DNA from: Chrysomallon squamiferum
Taxonomy: Eukaryota > Animalia > Mollusca
Direction: 5' to 3'
NCBI GenBank assembly: GCA_012295275.1
Contig: CM022673.1
Span: forward strand, 26,908,001 to 26,972,000
Length of the DNA: 64,000 nucleotides
Shown: one piece after another, positions 1-13,389 of the stretch
How positions within the stretch are numbered: the first letter of the stretch is position 1
How the letters are laid out: the number at the start of each line of letters is the position of its first letter
Notes under the pieces: generated by a model
The model's database searches: none
Told to the model about the DNA's origin: nothing
The model's input: only the letters and a program-made list of their open reading frames with translations
Made by a program: the position numbers and the translations under genes

Positions 1-842
1 TATATTTACAAGTTTTTTGTGTGTGTGTGTTTTTTTTTTCCATTTTATTGTTTACATTTGTTCGTATTTTTGATGATAAATATTAACAATAAACTAAAAG
101 TCACAAAACAAAAAATTAAATCTTGTTATTAACAAAATACTCAAACTTTTCTTTTCTGCACTATATTTTCAAGAAAGCTATTAAATATGTACAAATTTTG
201 TTGCAATATGAATTTAATTCTTATCTTTGTAATTTTGAAGTTCACTTGTAAAGCAACCTGATAATTACAATAATTATATTACTGCATGATCCAGTGAATA
301 TAATATAAAAAAAATAAAATAAAAAAATAAAAAAAAAAAAAAAAATGTATATATATTTATATATTAATATTTTTAAAATATCAATTATTTATTAATGAAG
401 TAAAGACTAACATCGTGTGTGTTTATTACATTCTTTATCTGACAGTGCTAGCTAGTAAATAATATTAACAGTTTTTATTTAGGTAATGTTGAAACAGAGT
501 AACCTACTTACTGTCCTTTTGCCTGCTTTATATTAAACGCATTGCCTATAATAAATTATGTGTATTAAATTTCATTTATATTTTAATCTTATAATACTTA
601 TATTCAAACCGAAAAGATTAAACTCTGCATGAACTATTTTTATGTATGATAGAAAATGCGGTTAAACCAAAACCAAAGCGAAAAATAAAACGACAAACAC
701 TTTAAAAATTAAAAAAAAAATTATTTTAAAGTATTACGTATCTTAAGATATAAGAGTTATAAAGAGAGTGAACTGAAGGAAGATTAATAAATAAATATAA
801 AGATGATCTCCTCCCCAAAATTTGAGGTTTCCTTGTTTTTAA

Positions 843-849
843 TATAAAA
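843..849 (+). promoter_or_regulatory. TATA box of micropeptide gene A
   Basis: TATAAAA 93 nt upstream of the ATG; similar spacing (88-95 nt) in genes B and D. Confidence 0.55.
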
Positions 850-935
850 GCGCGGATGATCTAACATAAAGTGATTTCTGAAGACAAGTGATACAAACAA
901 AACTGTGAACTCAAATTACGCGAAGAAAGAAGAAA

Positions 936-1054
936 ATGAATTTTGCAAAAATTCTGACTGTTGTTTGCCGTAAGTTTTTTTTATTTATTTATTTATTTAT
1001 TTATGTATTTGTTGTTTTTGTTGCCGATTTTTAAAATTTATTTAGACGACTCTC

Positions 1055-1096
<42 letters not shown>

Positions 1097-1254
1097 ACAT
1101 TACCCCCCACACACACACACACACAGTTAGTTATGGAGTTAGAAGACCTAGATATAAAACAAAGAAAACAGACGTTCGGATATAAGTAAAAATTAATTAT
1201 TTTGTAAAGTATTCCATAGTTACTTAGAAACAGAAACCAGGCTCTTTATAAGTA

Positions 1255-1289
<35 letters not shown>

Positions 1290-1316
1290 GTTATTATTGT
1301 TTTATTGTTTTTGTTG

Positions 1317-1369
<53 letters not shown>

Positions 1370-1634
1370 GATATTATCGTGGCATCATATTTCAGGATAA
1401 ACAAATTCTAAGATACAATTATTTAACATAAATTAGATAAAATATATTTTATTCAGTTTTTTGCTGCATCATTTACCTTTAAAAATGCTTTGTTAATATT
1501 TTAAATTAAATATTTTCTTTTCTCTCTCTTTTTTTTTTTTCGTTTTTCATTCAGTTGCAGTTTCAATATTTGCGGCTGCCGATGCTTGCTGTTGCTGTAA
1601 ATGTTGTAAGTGTTGCTGTTGCGACAAGAAGTAG
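936..1634 (+). CDS. Secreted poly-Cys micropeptide A, join(936..969,1555..1634), 37 aa: MNFAKILTVVCLAVSIFAAADA-CCCCKCCKCCCCDKK
   Basis: ATG 936, 34-nt exon ending C|GTAAGT; polypyrimidine tract plus CAG acceptor at 1554; in-frame to TAG 1632-1634; hydrophobic signal peptide ending A-D-A; TATAAAA at 843; three paralogues nearby with identical exon geometry. Confidence 0.85.
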
Positions 1635-2098
1635 ACAATGTCGACAGTGACGTAGAGAATCCAGCATTTTAGGTAAAGACAGCATTAATATTTTTCTTTT
1701 AACATTTTGTTGGTTACATGCTTAGAAAGTGATCCGAAATTACAAATATAATAAATCTTTCTCTTGTATATAATACAACAACATCAACAACAAATATTAA
1801 TTAAAAAAAAAAACTAAAAAAAAACCACTAAATAAATAAATTTAAAACAACAAAAATAAAATAAAATAATAGTTTAAAGTAACAAACAATGATTTTATTT
1901 AGTTACAGAATTTTTAAATTATTATTTTTTTTTTAATAAATCTCTATATTTATTTATTAATTTTCAGGTATATGGGAAAAACAATGTCCTTTTTTTCGGC
2001 GAAAATAAAAACAAAATAACTACTGTTTCCTTTTTGTTTTCTTTTTGTTATTAAAATAATTAGACCAAAATATAACAACATCTGTATCTCATTGCTGT

Positions 2099-2151
<53 letters not shown>

Positions 2152-2527
2152 CATACACAATAATATATATATTATATTCACCCGTCTAACAATTATAAAA
2201 AAAGACAAAACGTTAAAATGTAATGTAATTTATTACATCAAATATGTAGTTAAAGTTTTCAGTTTTAAATACACAAGGATGATTTAAGCTGCATTGAACC
2301 ACAGATATATCAAAGAGTTAGATGTCTGTCTTAGTCCCTAAAAAAAAAATGTAAAAAAAAATAAAAAAAATAAAATAAAATAAAAAAATATATATAATAT
2401 AATAAAATTAAATTAATAAAAAATAAAAATAAAAATTTATAAAAAGAGCAGAAACATGGAGATCATATGTTCAGAAATAAAGTGTGTACGTTTTTATCAT
2501 CATCATCATCGTCATTGTCATTATTAA

Positions 2528-2568
<41 letters not shown>

Positions 2569-2730
2569 TGAGATAATATTGTATTTTCATTTATTTATTT
2601 ATTTATTTTATTTTCAGTAATCTGAAATAAAGATAAATTAAACGAAACGAAATCTAATTAAATCTAAAATTTATATAAACTTAAAATTAGAAACAATATA
2701 ATTTGTTTGATATTACCTCTTTGTGTTTCA

Positions 2731-3222
2731 CTATTTCTTGTCACAACATTTGCAGCATTTACAGCAACATTTACAACAACATTTACAACAACACTTACAG
2801 CAACAACATGCTTGAGCGCCAGCTACCAAAGAAACTGAAACTAAAAAAAAACCAAAAAAAAAAACCATGTAAAATAACCATTTTGAATGACTATAACAAA
2901 TTCTGCTATAGTATGACAGTACTTTCAGTTGGATAAAATAACACAGGGATTCCAGATTAATGTAAATTTATTTAAATTTTTAATTTAATTTTGTCTTCTT
3001 TATTTATTCATGATCATATTGACTTTTATTTAAATATAAACAAATAAATAACTAAAAAAAATGAATAAATAAAATGAATAAATAAATAAATAAATTAATT
3101 AATTAATATTATTTAAGCAAGTAACTAAATAATAAAAATAAATAATAATACTAAAATAATTTAAATAAATTTAAATAAATCTACTTACCAAACGCAACTG
3201 CCAGAATTTTAGTAAAATTCAT
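2731..3222 (-). CDS. Secreted poly-Cys micropeptide B, complement(join(2731..2840,3189..3222)), 47 aa: MNFTKILAVAFVSVSLVAGAQA-CCCCKCCCKCCCKCCCKCCKCCDKK
   Basis: Minus-strand ATG 3222, 34-nt exon ending G|GTAAGT; T-tract plus TAG acceptor at 2841; 17 Cys in a 25-aa mature part; TAG at 2731-2733; TATATAAA at 3317-3310. Confidence 0.85.
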
Positions 3223-3309
3223 GGTTGTTTGTAGTTAAGAAGATTTTCTCACAGATTTTCTAAGACTTGAACAAACCGATTAATGCTGTTCAAACATCGA
3301 TTCTGTAAG

Positions 3310-3317
3310 TTTATATA
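3310..3317 (-). promoter_or_regulatory. TATA box of micropeptide gene B
   Basis: TATATAAA on the minus strand about 90 nt upstream of ATG 3222. Confidence 0.5.
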
Positions 3318-3594
3318 CAAAACTAAAACACGAGGAAACAGAAGCAGTAGACTTTGTAATTGTGTGGTTTGTTTGATCGTGGAGAATGGAGGGTTAGATG
3401 TAACCTTACTTCTTTCTTTTCTAGTCTTTGATCTGAATTAATCGCGCTATTTTGAGATTTATTAATCAAACGGTGTTTTATTAGAAAGTTTATTTCATGT
3501 TTATATAAAATACATATAAAATACAATTATTATTGTCGTTATTATCGAACTGTACGTATTAAAATTTACGTTTTTTTAAATTGTTTTTAGTATG

Positions 3595-3702
<108 letters not shown>

Positions 3703-3848
3703 CATGATCATACGAAAAATATATTTTAGACAGTAAATTGTATTTTGCTTTTGCTCTTAATACTTTAATGTTTAGCAATTAAATTAATTTTTGTATCATT
3801 TTTGTTTCAAAGGACAAATAAAAAAATATCATTTACTTAATTTACATC

Positions 3849-3882
<34 letters not shown>

Positions 3883-4419
3883 TGTGTCTGTGTATTAATA
3901 CTTTTAACGTTTAATTTAATTGTATAATACATATATTTGTTTCCTGATATATAGAATTTGTTCACATCCAATAACAATAACTTCCTTGTGGCCTGTGGTT
4001 GCTCTGCGTGCTAAAATTTCTCCAAACACGAATTAACCTTTGATTATAAGGATTTTAATTTCCACATGTTAATATATTTTACCACAGTTTTCAAGTGACA
4101 AGAAATATTTTCTGCTGCTGTGTTTGTGTGTATCTGTGAGTGTGCGTGCGTGTGTAATTTAATTTGTTTTGTTAAATAATGTTAATTTATATTTTTAATT
4201 TATAAAGTTTTTCTGAAAAGGAGTAGTATTATGTGCTCGATGTATTTAAACTGTTCATATAGTGCATTATAAACCTTTCAAGGGTAGACGACAATAAAAA
4301 TGATCTTTTATGCCAATATTGACACGTACTTCGTAAACAAAAAAAAAAAATATGAGGTATATTTCACGTAGTTATGGTTTTTTTTTTTTTTTTTTTTTTA
4401 GACTCTCTGAAATATCTTC

Positions 4420-4570
4420 ATACATGGCCGTTAAATAAAGGTGACCGTTATAAAAAGGTGACTGTTTTGTACAAGTCATTTAAAGGTTATGCTTTGGGGA
4501 CATTTATGGTGACCATTGCAACTACATGATTGTATTGAACAGGTGACCGTTAGACCAGTTTCCACAGTAT
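4420..4570. mobile_element. Degenerate Tc1/pogo-type MITE end
   Basis: Repeated AGGTGACCGTTA motifs (4440, 4541) ending in ...CCAGTTTCCACAGTATA, resembling a pogo-like terminal repeat next to TA; no partner end found. Confidence 0.35.
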
Positions 4571-4822
4571 ATATGATTCTGTTGTGTAAATGATAAAACA
4601 GATAGATACAGACTTTTTATACTTTCTTGTTAGAGAGACACAATAATTAACATATGAAGACTGTTATTAATTAATCAATATTAATGAATTTGGGATAATA
4701 AATTAAAGTAAGAAAACGAAAACCATATACCAAGTTGGTTTATTTAAACAGACGAAAGGAACAGAAGAAGATGATACAGATAAAATGACAAAATCCAGCT
4801 GTTATGAGGAAATTTTGTGTTT

Positions 4823-4885
<63 letters not shown>

Positions 4886-5212
4886 AAAAACATCCAAACA
4901 CACACACACACACATAAAAAAAAAAACACACACATACGCACATACGCACAGACAGATGATTACTTAGTACTGCCTCCTACACTGAGTTTGTTATAAGCTA
5001 GGTTGTTTCAGTCATAACGTTGACAGTATCGGGGAGACAACTCGTTCTCTCATAATGTAATTACCTCTCTTGGCTAGCTTATTTCAGTTAATTATTCGGT
5101 TTAACACATTATCACTTCTTTAAACGAACAGCATTCCACTGGTTCGTAATAATAAAATAATGATAAACTGAATAATAATCGTCACAAATATCCTAACATT
5201 AACAATTTTGTT

Positions 5213-5253
<41 letters not shown>

Positions 5254-6004
5254 TATTTATATGAAGAACGACTTGCAAATGACGCACATATCATGCGCCT
5301 TCATCTCATTTAATTGTTTTATCAGATGATGCTTTATTTTCTTCATAATGAATCTTATTTCACAACGCTGAGTATACAGAGTTCTGAAACCTTTAAAACA
5401 TTAGCTAATTTGGACTCTAAACTAAACTTCTAGGTTTCTTTTTTAATGTCACAAACTGTTAAATGTTAATATAATTTGTATCTGCTTTTTGCAGAATATC
5501 GTGCTATTATATTGGCACAAAATAGTGTTTGAAACATAAATAAAATTGTATTTATTTTATGCGGCAGTTTGCTACAGTTTGTTTGCTAAATAAAACACAA
5601 CAATTATTTCTGTTAAGAGTTTATTTCAAATTACAAATATAAAAAATAGTTTCTACTAATTTTTTTTCTTTAAACAATTTATTTCAAAGTGTAAAAATTA
5701 TGAAGTGTTTTCTCACTAATTAGGGTGGGGTTTTTAATGATTTATTTCAAGGTACGAATTAAATATATATGATGGTCATGATAAAATTGTATAATAGTTT
5801 ACTGAAAATATTTTCTTTTCTTGTTTTGGTGAATTGCAAATCTGGAAAATAAATTTTAAAATAAATATTAATTATAACAAAGTAATTATACACACTCAAT
5901 TAGGCGTTTAATAAAAATAATAATAATAACAATAACAATAATAATAATAATAATAGTAGTAGTAGTAGTAGAAGTAATAGTAGTAGTAGTAGTAGTAGAA
6001 GTAA

Positions 6005-6054
<50 letters not shown>

Positions 6055-6343
6055 ATAGTAGTAATAATAACAACAACAACAACAACAATTTAAAACTTCA
6101 ATAGGATTTGTATTTTAATTATTTTATTCTTTTAATTAATTATTTTTTATTTATTTAACTATTGATTGATCGATCGAACGATTGACTTATTAAAGTTGCT
6201 CTACGTCCTCTTTTTTCTCTTTGAGATTCCCCCTCCATTTTTAATTATCTTTTATTTAACTATTATGATTTAAAACTCATTTATGTGAGTCTAAATAAAA
6301 TTTCACCACTGGTTACCGTTTAAAAAAAACTGTTGACGTCATA

Positions 6344-6788
<445 letters not shown>

Positions 6789-7365
6789 GATTGTTTTACT
6801 ATGCTCACAGTACACAGTGTTTTTAAAATATACTTTTACTTAGTGTTTACGTTTGTGTATATATATATATACCAGATATCAGGAAAATATAAATTAAATT
6901 ATTATATTTTCAGTCTTTTTTACTTGTATGCGGTTTGATATAATATTAATCTCTAAGATGTTCCTAGTAAATAATATAATAGGAGGATTCATTATTATTT
7001 TTTAATGTCTTTAATGTTTATAATTTGTTTTCTTTCGTTTCAAATAAGAAGGAAAATATCATACTTTGAATAAAAAATGATATTTTTTAGATCAAAAAAT
7101 GATATTTTTTATATTGTAAAATAACAAGGAAAATAAACTTTAAATAAAAAAAAAAAAAAAAGATATTTTTTAGTTCGTAAAATAATGTTATAAAGAATAT
7201 GTTTCAAACTTAATAACAAGGAAAATAATAATAATGTAAAATAAAATGTTATTTCCTTTTCTTTTATACTGCTTTTATATAAAAAGATAGCAGATCGAGT
7301 CAGAGATAATTTTTGACTTCTGAAGAAAGATAAACGTACAGATTCTCAGTAAAACAGAAATCAAC
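6789..7365. promoter_or_regulatory. Divergent (head-to-head) promoter region between micropeptide genes C and D
   Basis: 577 nt between oppositely oriented ATGs; TATA-like elements at about 6858-6871 and 7276-7284. Confidence 0.5.
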
Positions 7366-7412
7366 ATGAATTTTGTCAAAATTCTAACAGCTCTTGTTCG
7401 TAAGTAAACTTT

Positions 7413-7443
<31 letters not shown>

Positions 7444-8126
7444 GTTAGTTAGTTAATTATTTATTTAGTTTATTAGTTTTTATTTTTATTTAGTTTTTAT
7501 TCGTTTTTTCTTTTAATTTGTTTTAGTTAGTTGGTTATTTTATTTTATTATTATTATTTTATTAAATTTTAGTAAGTTGTTTTTTTTTTTTTGATGCCAG
7601 TTCGTAAAACAAAAATAGAAAAATAATTTTTGTTCCTGTTAATTAGGTATAAAAATAATAAAATATTATCTTAATATCAGATGAAATTTTCATTTAAATA
7701 TAAACATCTTTAATTCTTTAACCGAAATTTCACATTAAATTTTTAAAATTCACGTAGATGGTTTGAGTTCATCTCTCAATAATATTAATGCTACTGATAA
7801 TCCTAATGTTACCATCTGTGACTAAATTACGGTTAATTATTGACAATTACTATAATTTTGTCACTGAATAGGACTGCCTACTATTTATAATTATTATGTT
7901 TTGTTGATAATGTTTTTATGTCATCGGCAGTGATTATATTTTTAGTGACAGTTTTCAATAACTACATGGTTAATAGCGTGTTATTTAAAATAATTATCTA
8001 ATATTGTTATTTTTAATGATAATCACTAAACGTAGTGACAGTGACTGCATTTTATTGTTAGTGACTGTTTCTGTGATTGCCGGAGCTAAAGCTTGCTGTT
8101 GTTGTCATCGTGATAAGAAGAAGTAA
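7366..8126 (+). CDS. Secreted poly-Cys micropeptide D, join(7366..7399,8062..8126), 32 aa: MNFVKILTALVLTVSVIAGAKA-CCCCHRDKKK
   Basis: ATG 7366, 34-nt exon ending C|GTAAGT; TTTTATTGTTAG acceptor at 8061; TAA at 8124-8126; TATATAAA at 7276; signal peptide ending A-K-A. Confidence 0.83.
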
Positions 8127-11100
8127 AACATCAACAAGTCAACAAACAGCAAAGTAAGTAATAAAAAGCAGGTAACTTTTCACATCTTACAACTATAAGT
8201 AATAATAATAAAAAATAAAATAAAAATGAAAAAACATAAAATTTCACAACTTACAAATATTTATTTCATTATAGATTCAAGATTTTTTAAAATCGAAGCA
8301 ATGTCTTATCCATATATAAGATTCAGTAATAGCATATTATGATGAGGATTTTTGGTTATAGAAAGACGGTTATCTAAAAAAAAATAATAATAATAAAATA
8401 TTAAAAATAATAATAAATAATAAAAAAAATTAAATAAAATTAAAAAATAAAACAATTTATATAAAAAAAAAATAAAAAAAAAAAAAAAAATAATAATAAT
8501 AATTTGTAAATGTCCAGACTGTAATATGAAAGAGTATCATAGATGCCTGTATTTTTTATAACTTGTGTTTTAATCTATATGCTACATTCTATTTTTTATT
8601 TTATTTTTCATTTTCTCTTCAAAAGGATTATAAGCACAGCAAAACAGGTTTAGATACTGTTTCAAAATAGAACTTGAATGTTAAAGGTTTTGAGATTAAA
8701 ATAGTCTGACATTTTAGAATATTATAGTTCAAAATAGTGAAATTATATTTCAACATTATTTTTTTTTTTTACAATTTAGTGTCAGTCTGATATTTAAATT
8801 CTTTCAATAAAATATAACTTATTTTATGTTTTTTCTGTCTGTTTGTAGAATGAAGTAAAGAAAAATGCTGCTTATTATGTAAAAGACACAACACATCCAA
8901 GATGCAGAGATGATAAAAGCAGAGAAAGATAAAAAAACAAAAAAAAAAAAAAAATACATCATTTTTGTATTTTTAATAAATTTATAACAATTAAACAAGT
9001 GTTATTTATTTATTTATTTATTCATTCATTTATTTATTTTATTTTTTAAAAAGAAGCAAAAAGAAGTTGTAGACATGTATATAGTCACGTATAAGATATT
9101 AAAAATTATAACCAACTTGGCTAACAACATTTAAGACAACGACAAGTGTACGAGATGACATAAAGGTTGTTGGGCAGAGAACCGAAATGTGATGAGAAAT
9201 TTAATATAATAACGACTCTTGCAGGGTTAGTGTCATTGTAAGGGTTGTCTCCCATTTGACACATTCCTTAATGGAAGAGACCACAAAAGCTGTAAGAGGG
9301 CGACAGGTAATAGTGAATGATTAGAAAAACTTTTAAAAATTTATTTTATATAGCAGTGTTTGCGGCTTTTCATTTTTTTTTTTTTTTTTAATTAACATTT
9401 TAATTAGGGACCCTTTTGTGAAATCCAGGATCTTTGTTCAAAATGATTCGAAAATTATTAGTGTATTTTTTCACCTTTATTTTTTCATATCAAATCTTCC
9501 ATGTACTAATTTTTTTTTTTTTTTTTTTTTTTTTTATTGTATATTTTACGAATATATTTACGAATGTTTCTTTGAGCTTTTATTTTGTTTAAGTTTTTTT
9601 TTTTTTTTAATTTAACTTAGGTTATTATTTATTTATTTATTTATTTATTTTATAAAGGAATAATACATTATTATTCATATATTAGACAGCTGGCTCATTC
9701 AGTCGTACAGTCTGCCAGATCGTTATAAAATGAAAGCAAATATGTCAATGAAAGAATATTAGCCCAACTTGTTTTTACAGATACGGAACATATTCAGAAT
9801 AGTATGATTAAAATTAGCTGTGTCACAGTGATTGACATTTTTTTTTATTTTGTAAACGAGGTTTATCAGTAATAATTCTATTTTTAGCGATACCTGTGTG
9901 ACTGCCAAGTTCTTAATTTTGTGGACGGGTGTCTATCAATAAAAGATCACTACGAAGAAAATCGTGTTTTTAGCTGTATCACAGTGACTGTACCATTTCC
10001 ACTCTTTTTTCTTTTGTGCAAGTTTATCAGTAGGTCAATGCTAAAAATAACGACCATCATATTTTATAAATACATTAACTTTATTATAATATTTACAAAT
10101 TTAATGACGCTAAGAAACTGGAGGAAAATTAAGTGAGCGAATTTTGAATGTATATTATTATAATTACTTATATAAAAATAATAATAATAAATAAATAAAT
10201 AAATGCTTTTCATATAAAGAAGAGCGTAGAATGTTTTATTAATAAATCAAAAATGCTTGAAAACAGTGTTTATTCGGCTGAACTCCTACTAGATAATATG
10301 TAACAGTCATAATGACACAGCTAAATTGTATTAAGACATCGTATTTCTTTAGTTGGTAGGTTTCAAATTAGCGTCAGAGACTTCAAAAGAAAAGAAAGAA
10401 CAAAATAAAATAAAATAAAATAAAAATAATAAATAAATAAATAATAATAATAATAATAATAAATAAATAAATAAACAAAACTTAAAAATAAAATAAAAAT
10501 TAATTCATTAATAATAATAATAATAATAAATAAATAAATAAATAAAAAAATAAATAAATAAAAAAATAAAAAATTACCTTTAAGGCTAACATCCTTTTAT
10601 TTTAATTTGCTTTTTTATTCATTTATTTATTTATATATTTATTATTAATTTTTGTATTTTATTTGATTGTTTGTTCTTGTTTTTATTTTTTTTTTTTTTT
10701 AATTGCCAGAAAATATGTATTACTTATTCTTAGAATCCCTGTAGAAATAGTAATAAGTTTAATCACATGGATCCCTAATCGACCTACTATTTAACTATAT
10801 TCGCGTGTGCCTGTAACTTGTTGCCAACAATCTTTACGAAATCTTTAATTTGAAACATTAAATTTGATTTATATATAATAAAAAGGCAAACTACCTGCAT
10901 TACACAAACAATTTTATTTTTATTAAAATAAATAAATAAATAAATATAAATCCAACAACACGTTTTAGTAAGTGGTCACAGAATTAACTCGCTGAATCAA
11001 CACTATTATTATTAATAACAGTAATATGAAGGTGTATTTTCCAACTTAATCGGGGTCATTTCTTCTTCTTTACTTTGTTTCACTCTGGATATATAAACGA

Positions 11101-11439
11101 ATATACTATTTCATGTGCTTTATAAGTCATACGTGTAGTCATGACTGTCCTTTGTAACCGGGAAACGAATTTGTACCGGCGACCCGGTTTCTTTCAAAGT
11201 TTCATCATACTTTTTGATATTGAAGCCGTCGCCTCAAATGGAAGAGGCCCGTGGGTAAATCAGGATTAATTACGATTGCCTTTCAGTAATGATATAAATA
11301 TATATGTTAATAGGCATAAATTTTTTTTTATAATGTAATAATTATTACTAATAATGTATAACACTAAATATCAGTAAATAAAAAATATCATAGAATATAA
11401 TAATAATATGGACCTTTTACCTCTTTATTAATAATGATC

Positions 11440-11551
11440 AGTTCCAATGACCTCCAAGTGACGTCACCGAGAGTAGTAACTGCGGCCATATTTTTCATCA
11501 GAGGTTAAACACGTTTGTGCTGTATCCGTGGTCGGTCGTGTTATCAATTTC
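11440..11551 (+). promoter_or_regulatory. Cytochrome c copy 1 promoter and non-coding exon 1
   Basis: TGACCT half-site, perfect CRE TGACGTCA at 11459-11466, YY1-like CGGCCAT, donor GTAAGT at 11552; block conserved with 16330-16450. Confidence 0.65.
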
Positions 11552-12389
11552 GTAAGTTGTTCGTATTTTGCTGATTTTATTTCATTGTGGTTTTAATGTT
11601 TAATTATGAATTAAGATATTTCACTTTTGGATATGGATCTGATTCAGATTTGTGAAAATGGTCAAAAACGATTTGACGGCTTATGATTTAGTTGTGTCAA
11701 CTACTCAATGTGATCTCGTTATTTCCTACGTAGGGTTTATCTTTTGGTCTTAGTATCAATTTACTATCTCATTACAAATAGATTTGTTATTATTTGTAGA
11801 AGTTAAAGGTTAATAACTATCTGCATCTGATAGCTGTACCGTTTTTACAAGCAAAATCGAAGGAAATGTATGGAATTGGAAGGTCATTATAATAAAACAA
11901 GGTCGTTTGTATAAGTGGCATGTGATTCTTCGAGATTCCTTTGTAACACCTCTAAATATAATTAAACACTGTTGTAATATATAACGCTTTTGGCTGTTTA
12001 TTTCTGTCTTTGTAAGCAACGTGTTAAAACGTGTTAATTTGTACATTTTATTGTAACGGTGTAAACGTGACAGCAACGGTAACATTTATACAACCGGTTT
12101 CACGATGTAAGTCATTATCCTCTTTCGATGTAAAAAATGAAGTAATGTAAAGTACATAACGTAAAAAATATATTTTCTGAAAAAAAATGTTAAACCTATT
12201 GACAGGATATCCTTTGGCTTCACATCATAAGCTGAAGTTGCAAAATTATTCAAGTGTGATTTCAATAGCAGTTAAAATGATTCGTTGAAAATAATACCTT
12301 TTCACTGCCCTTGATTAAGTTGCCTTAATTCATACTAAGTGTAGTAAATATATGAGTAATTTATGAATTTTGTTGCAGAAGAGTACAAA

Positions 12390-13389
12390 ATGGCAAGCAT
12401 CCCAGCAGGTGATGTGGAGAAGGGTAAAAAGCTTTTTATCCAGAGGTGTGCTCAGTGTCATACGGTAGATAAAGGTGGAAAGCACAAGACTGGACCTAAC
12501 CTCAGTGGCATGATGGGAAGAAAGACTGGACAAGCTGACGGCTATGTTTACACTGATGCTAATAAAAATAAAGGTAGCTGATACCAACAGACTAAGTGTA
12601 TAACATTAAATCATATTAATATACATTGGTAAACTTGAATATATGATGGTGGATATGTTGACCATAGCTAATGTGATGTAGTTTATTACGTTTAAAATAA
12701 CAATTTAAAATAATGAAGTCCTTGGCATGGTGGTAATAATTTTACATACAGATAATTGATACATTGTGACATTACAAATTTATTTAGTTACAACTCATTA
12801 GTATTTCAGCTGTACTTGTAAATTCAGTTATTGATGATGAATTAATAATACATTTCATTTGTAGTTATGAAACTAATGCTTTTTGAAAGGACCATTCTTA
12901 CTGATTTGTGAGAATAATATATTTAAAATTTGTTAGATGTACCATATACTTTATATCTAAACGTATGTCAGAAACGTATACTGTGATAATATATATTCAA
13001 TTTGCTGGATCCAGTCAACTTTAAAGGAAAATACTTTTTTTTAATTTAATTTTTTTATCATTTTAAATTTGATAACATTTGAAATTTGTGTTTAAATTAC
13101 TATTTTTTATTCACATAACATTTGTTTTAGTTTTTTTTTTTTTTTTAAAGAATAAAAGGGGGAAAAAAATACGTCCTAAATTGTTGGGAGATGATAAAAT
13201 TAATTCTTGTGTTGTATTTTATGAATCAATTTGTTTGTTTCAGGAATTACATGGAACAAAGATACATTGTGGGTTTACCTAGAAAACCCTAAGAAATACA
13301 TCCCAGGGACAAAGATGATTTTTGCTGGCATGAAGAAGCCACAAGAGAGGGCTGATCTGATTGCTTATTTAGAGGAGTCAACAAAATAG
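12390..13389 (+). CDS. CYCS: Cytochrome c (mitochondrial, class I), join(12390..12573,13244..13389), 109 aa
   Basis: [38 protein letters not shown]...[30 protein letters not shown]...STK*; CXXCH haem motif, axial Met in GTKM, canonical GT-AG phase-1 intron. Confidence 0.98.

Noticed and set aside
2703-2936. Plus-strand 77-aa ORF with NIYN repeats
   Set aside because: It is the antisense shadow of micropeptide B exon 2; the minus-strand reading has splice sites, a signal peptide and paralogues.
4095-4125. GTGACAAGAAAT plus TGCTGCTG resembling a fifth peptide gene
   Set aside because: Motifs are in the wrong order and no signal-peptide exon is nearby.
12330-12587. Minus-strand 85-aa ORF; likewise 35259-35552
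   Set aside because: Antisense to real coding exons.
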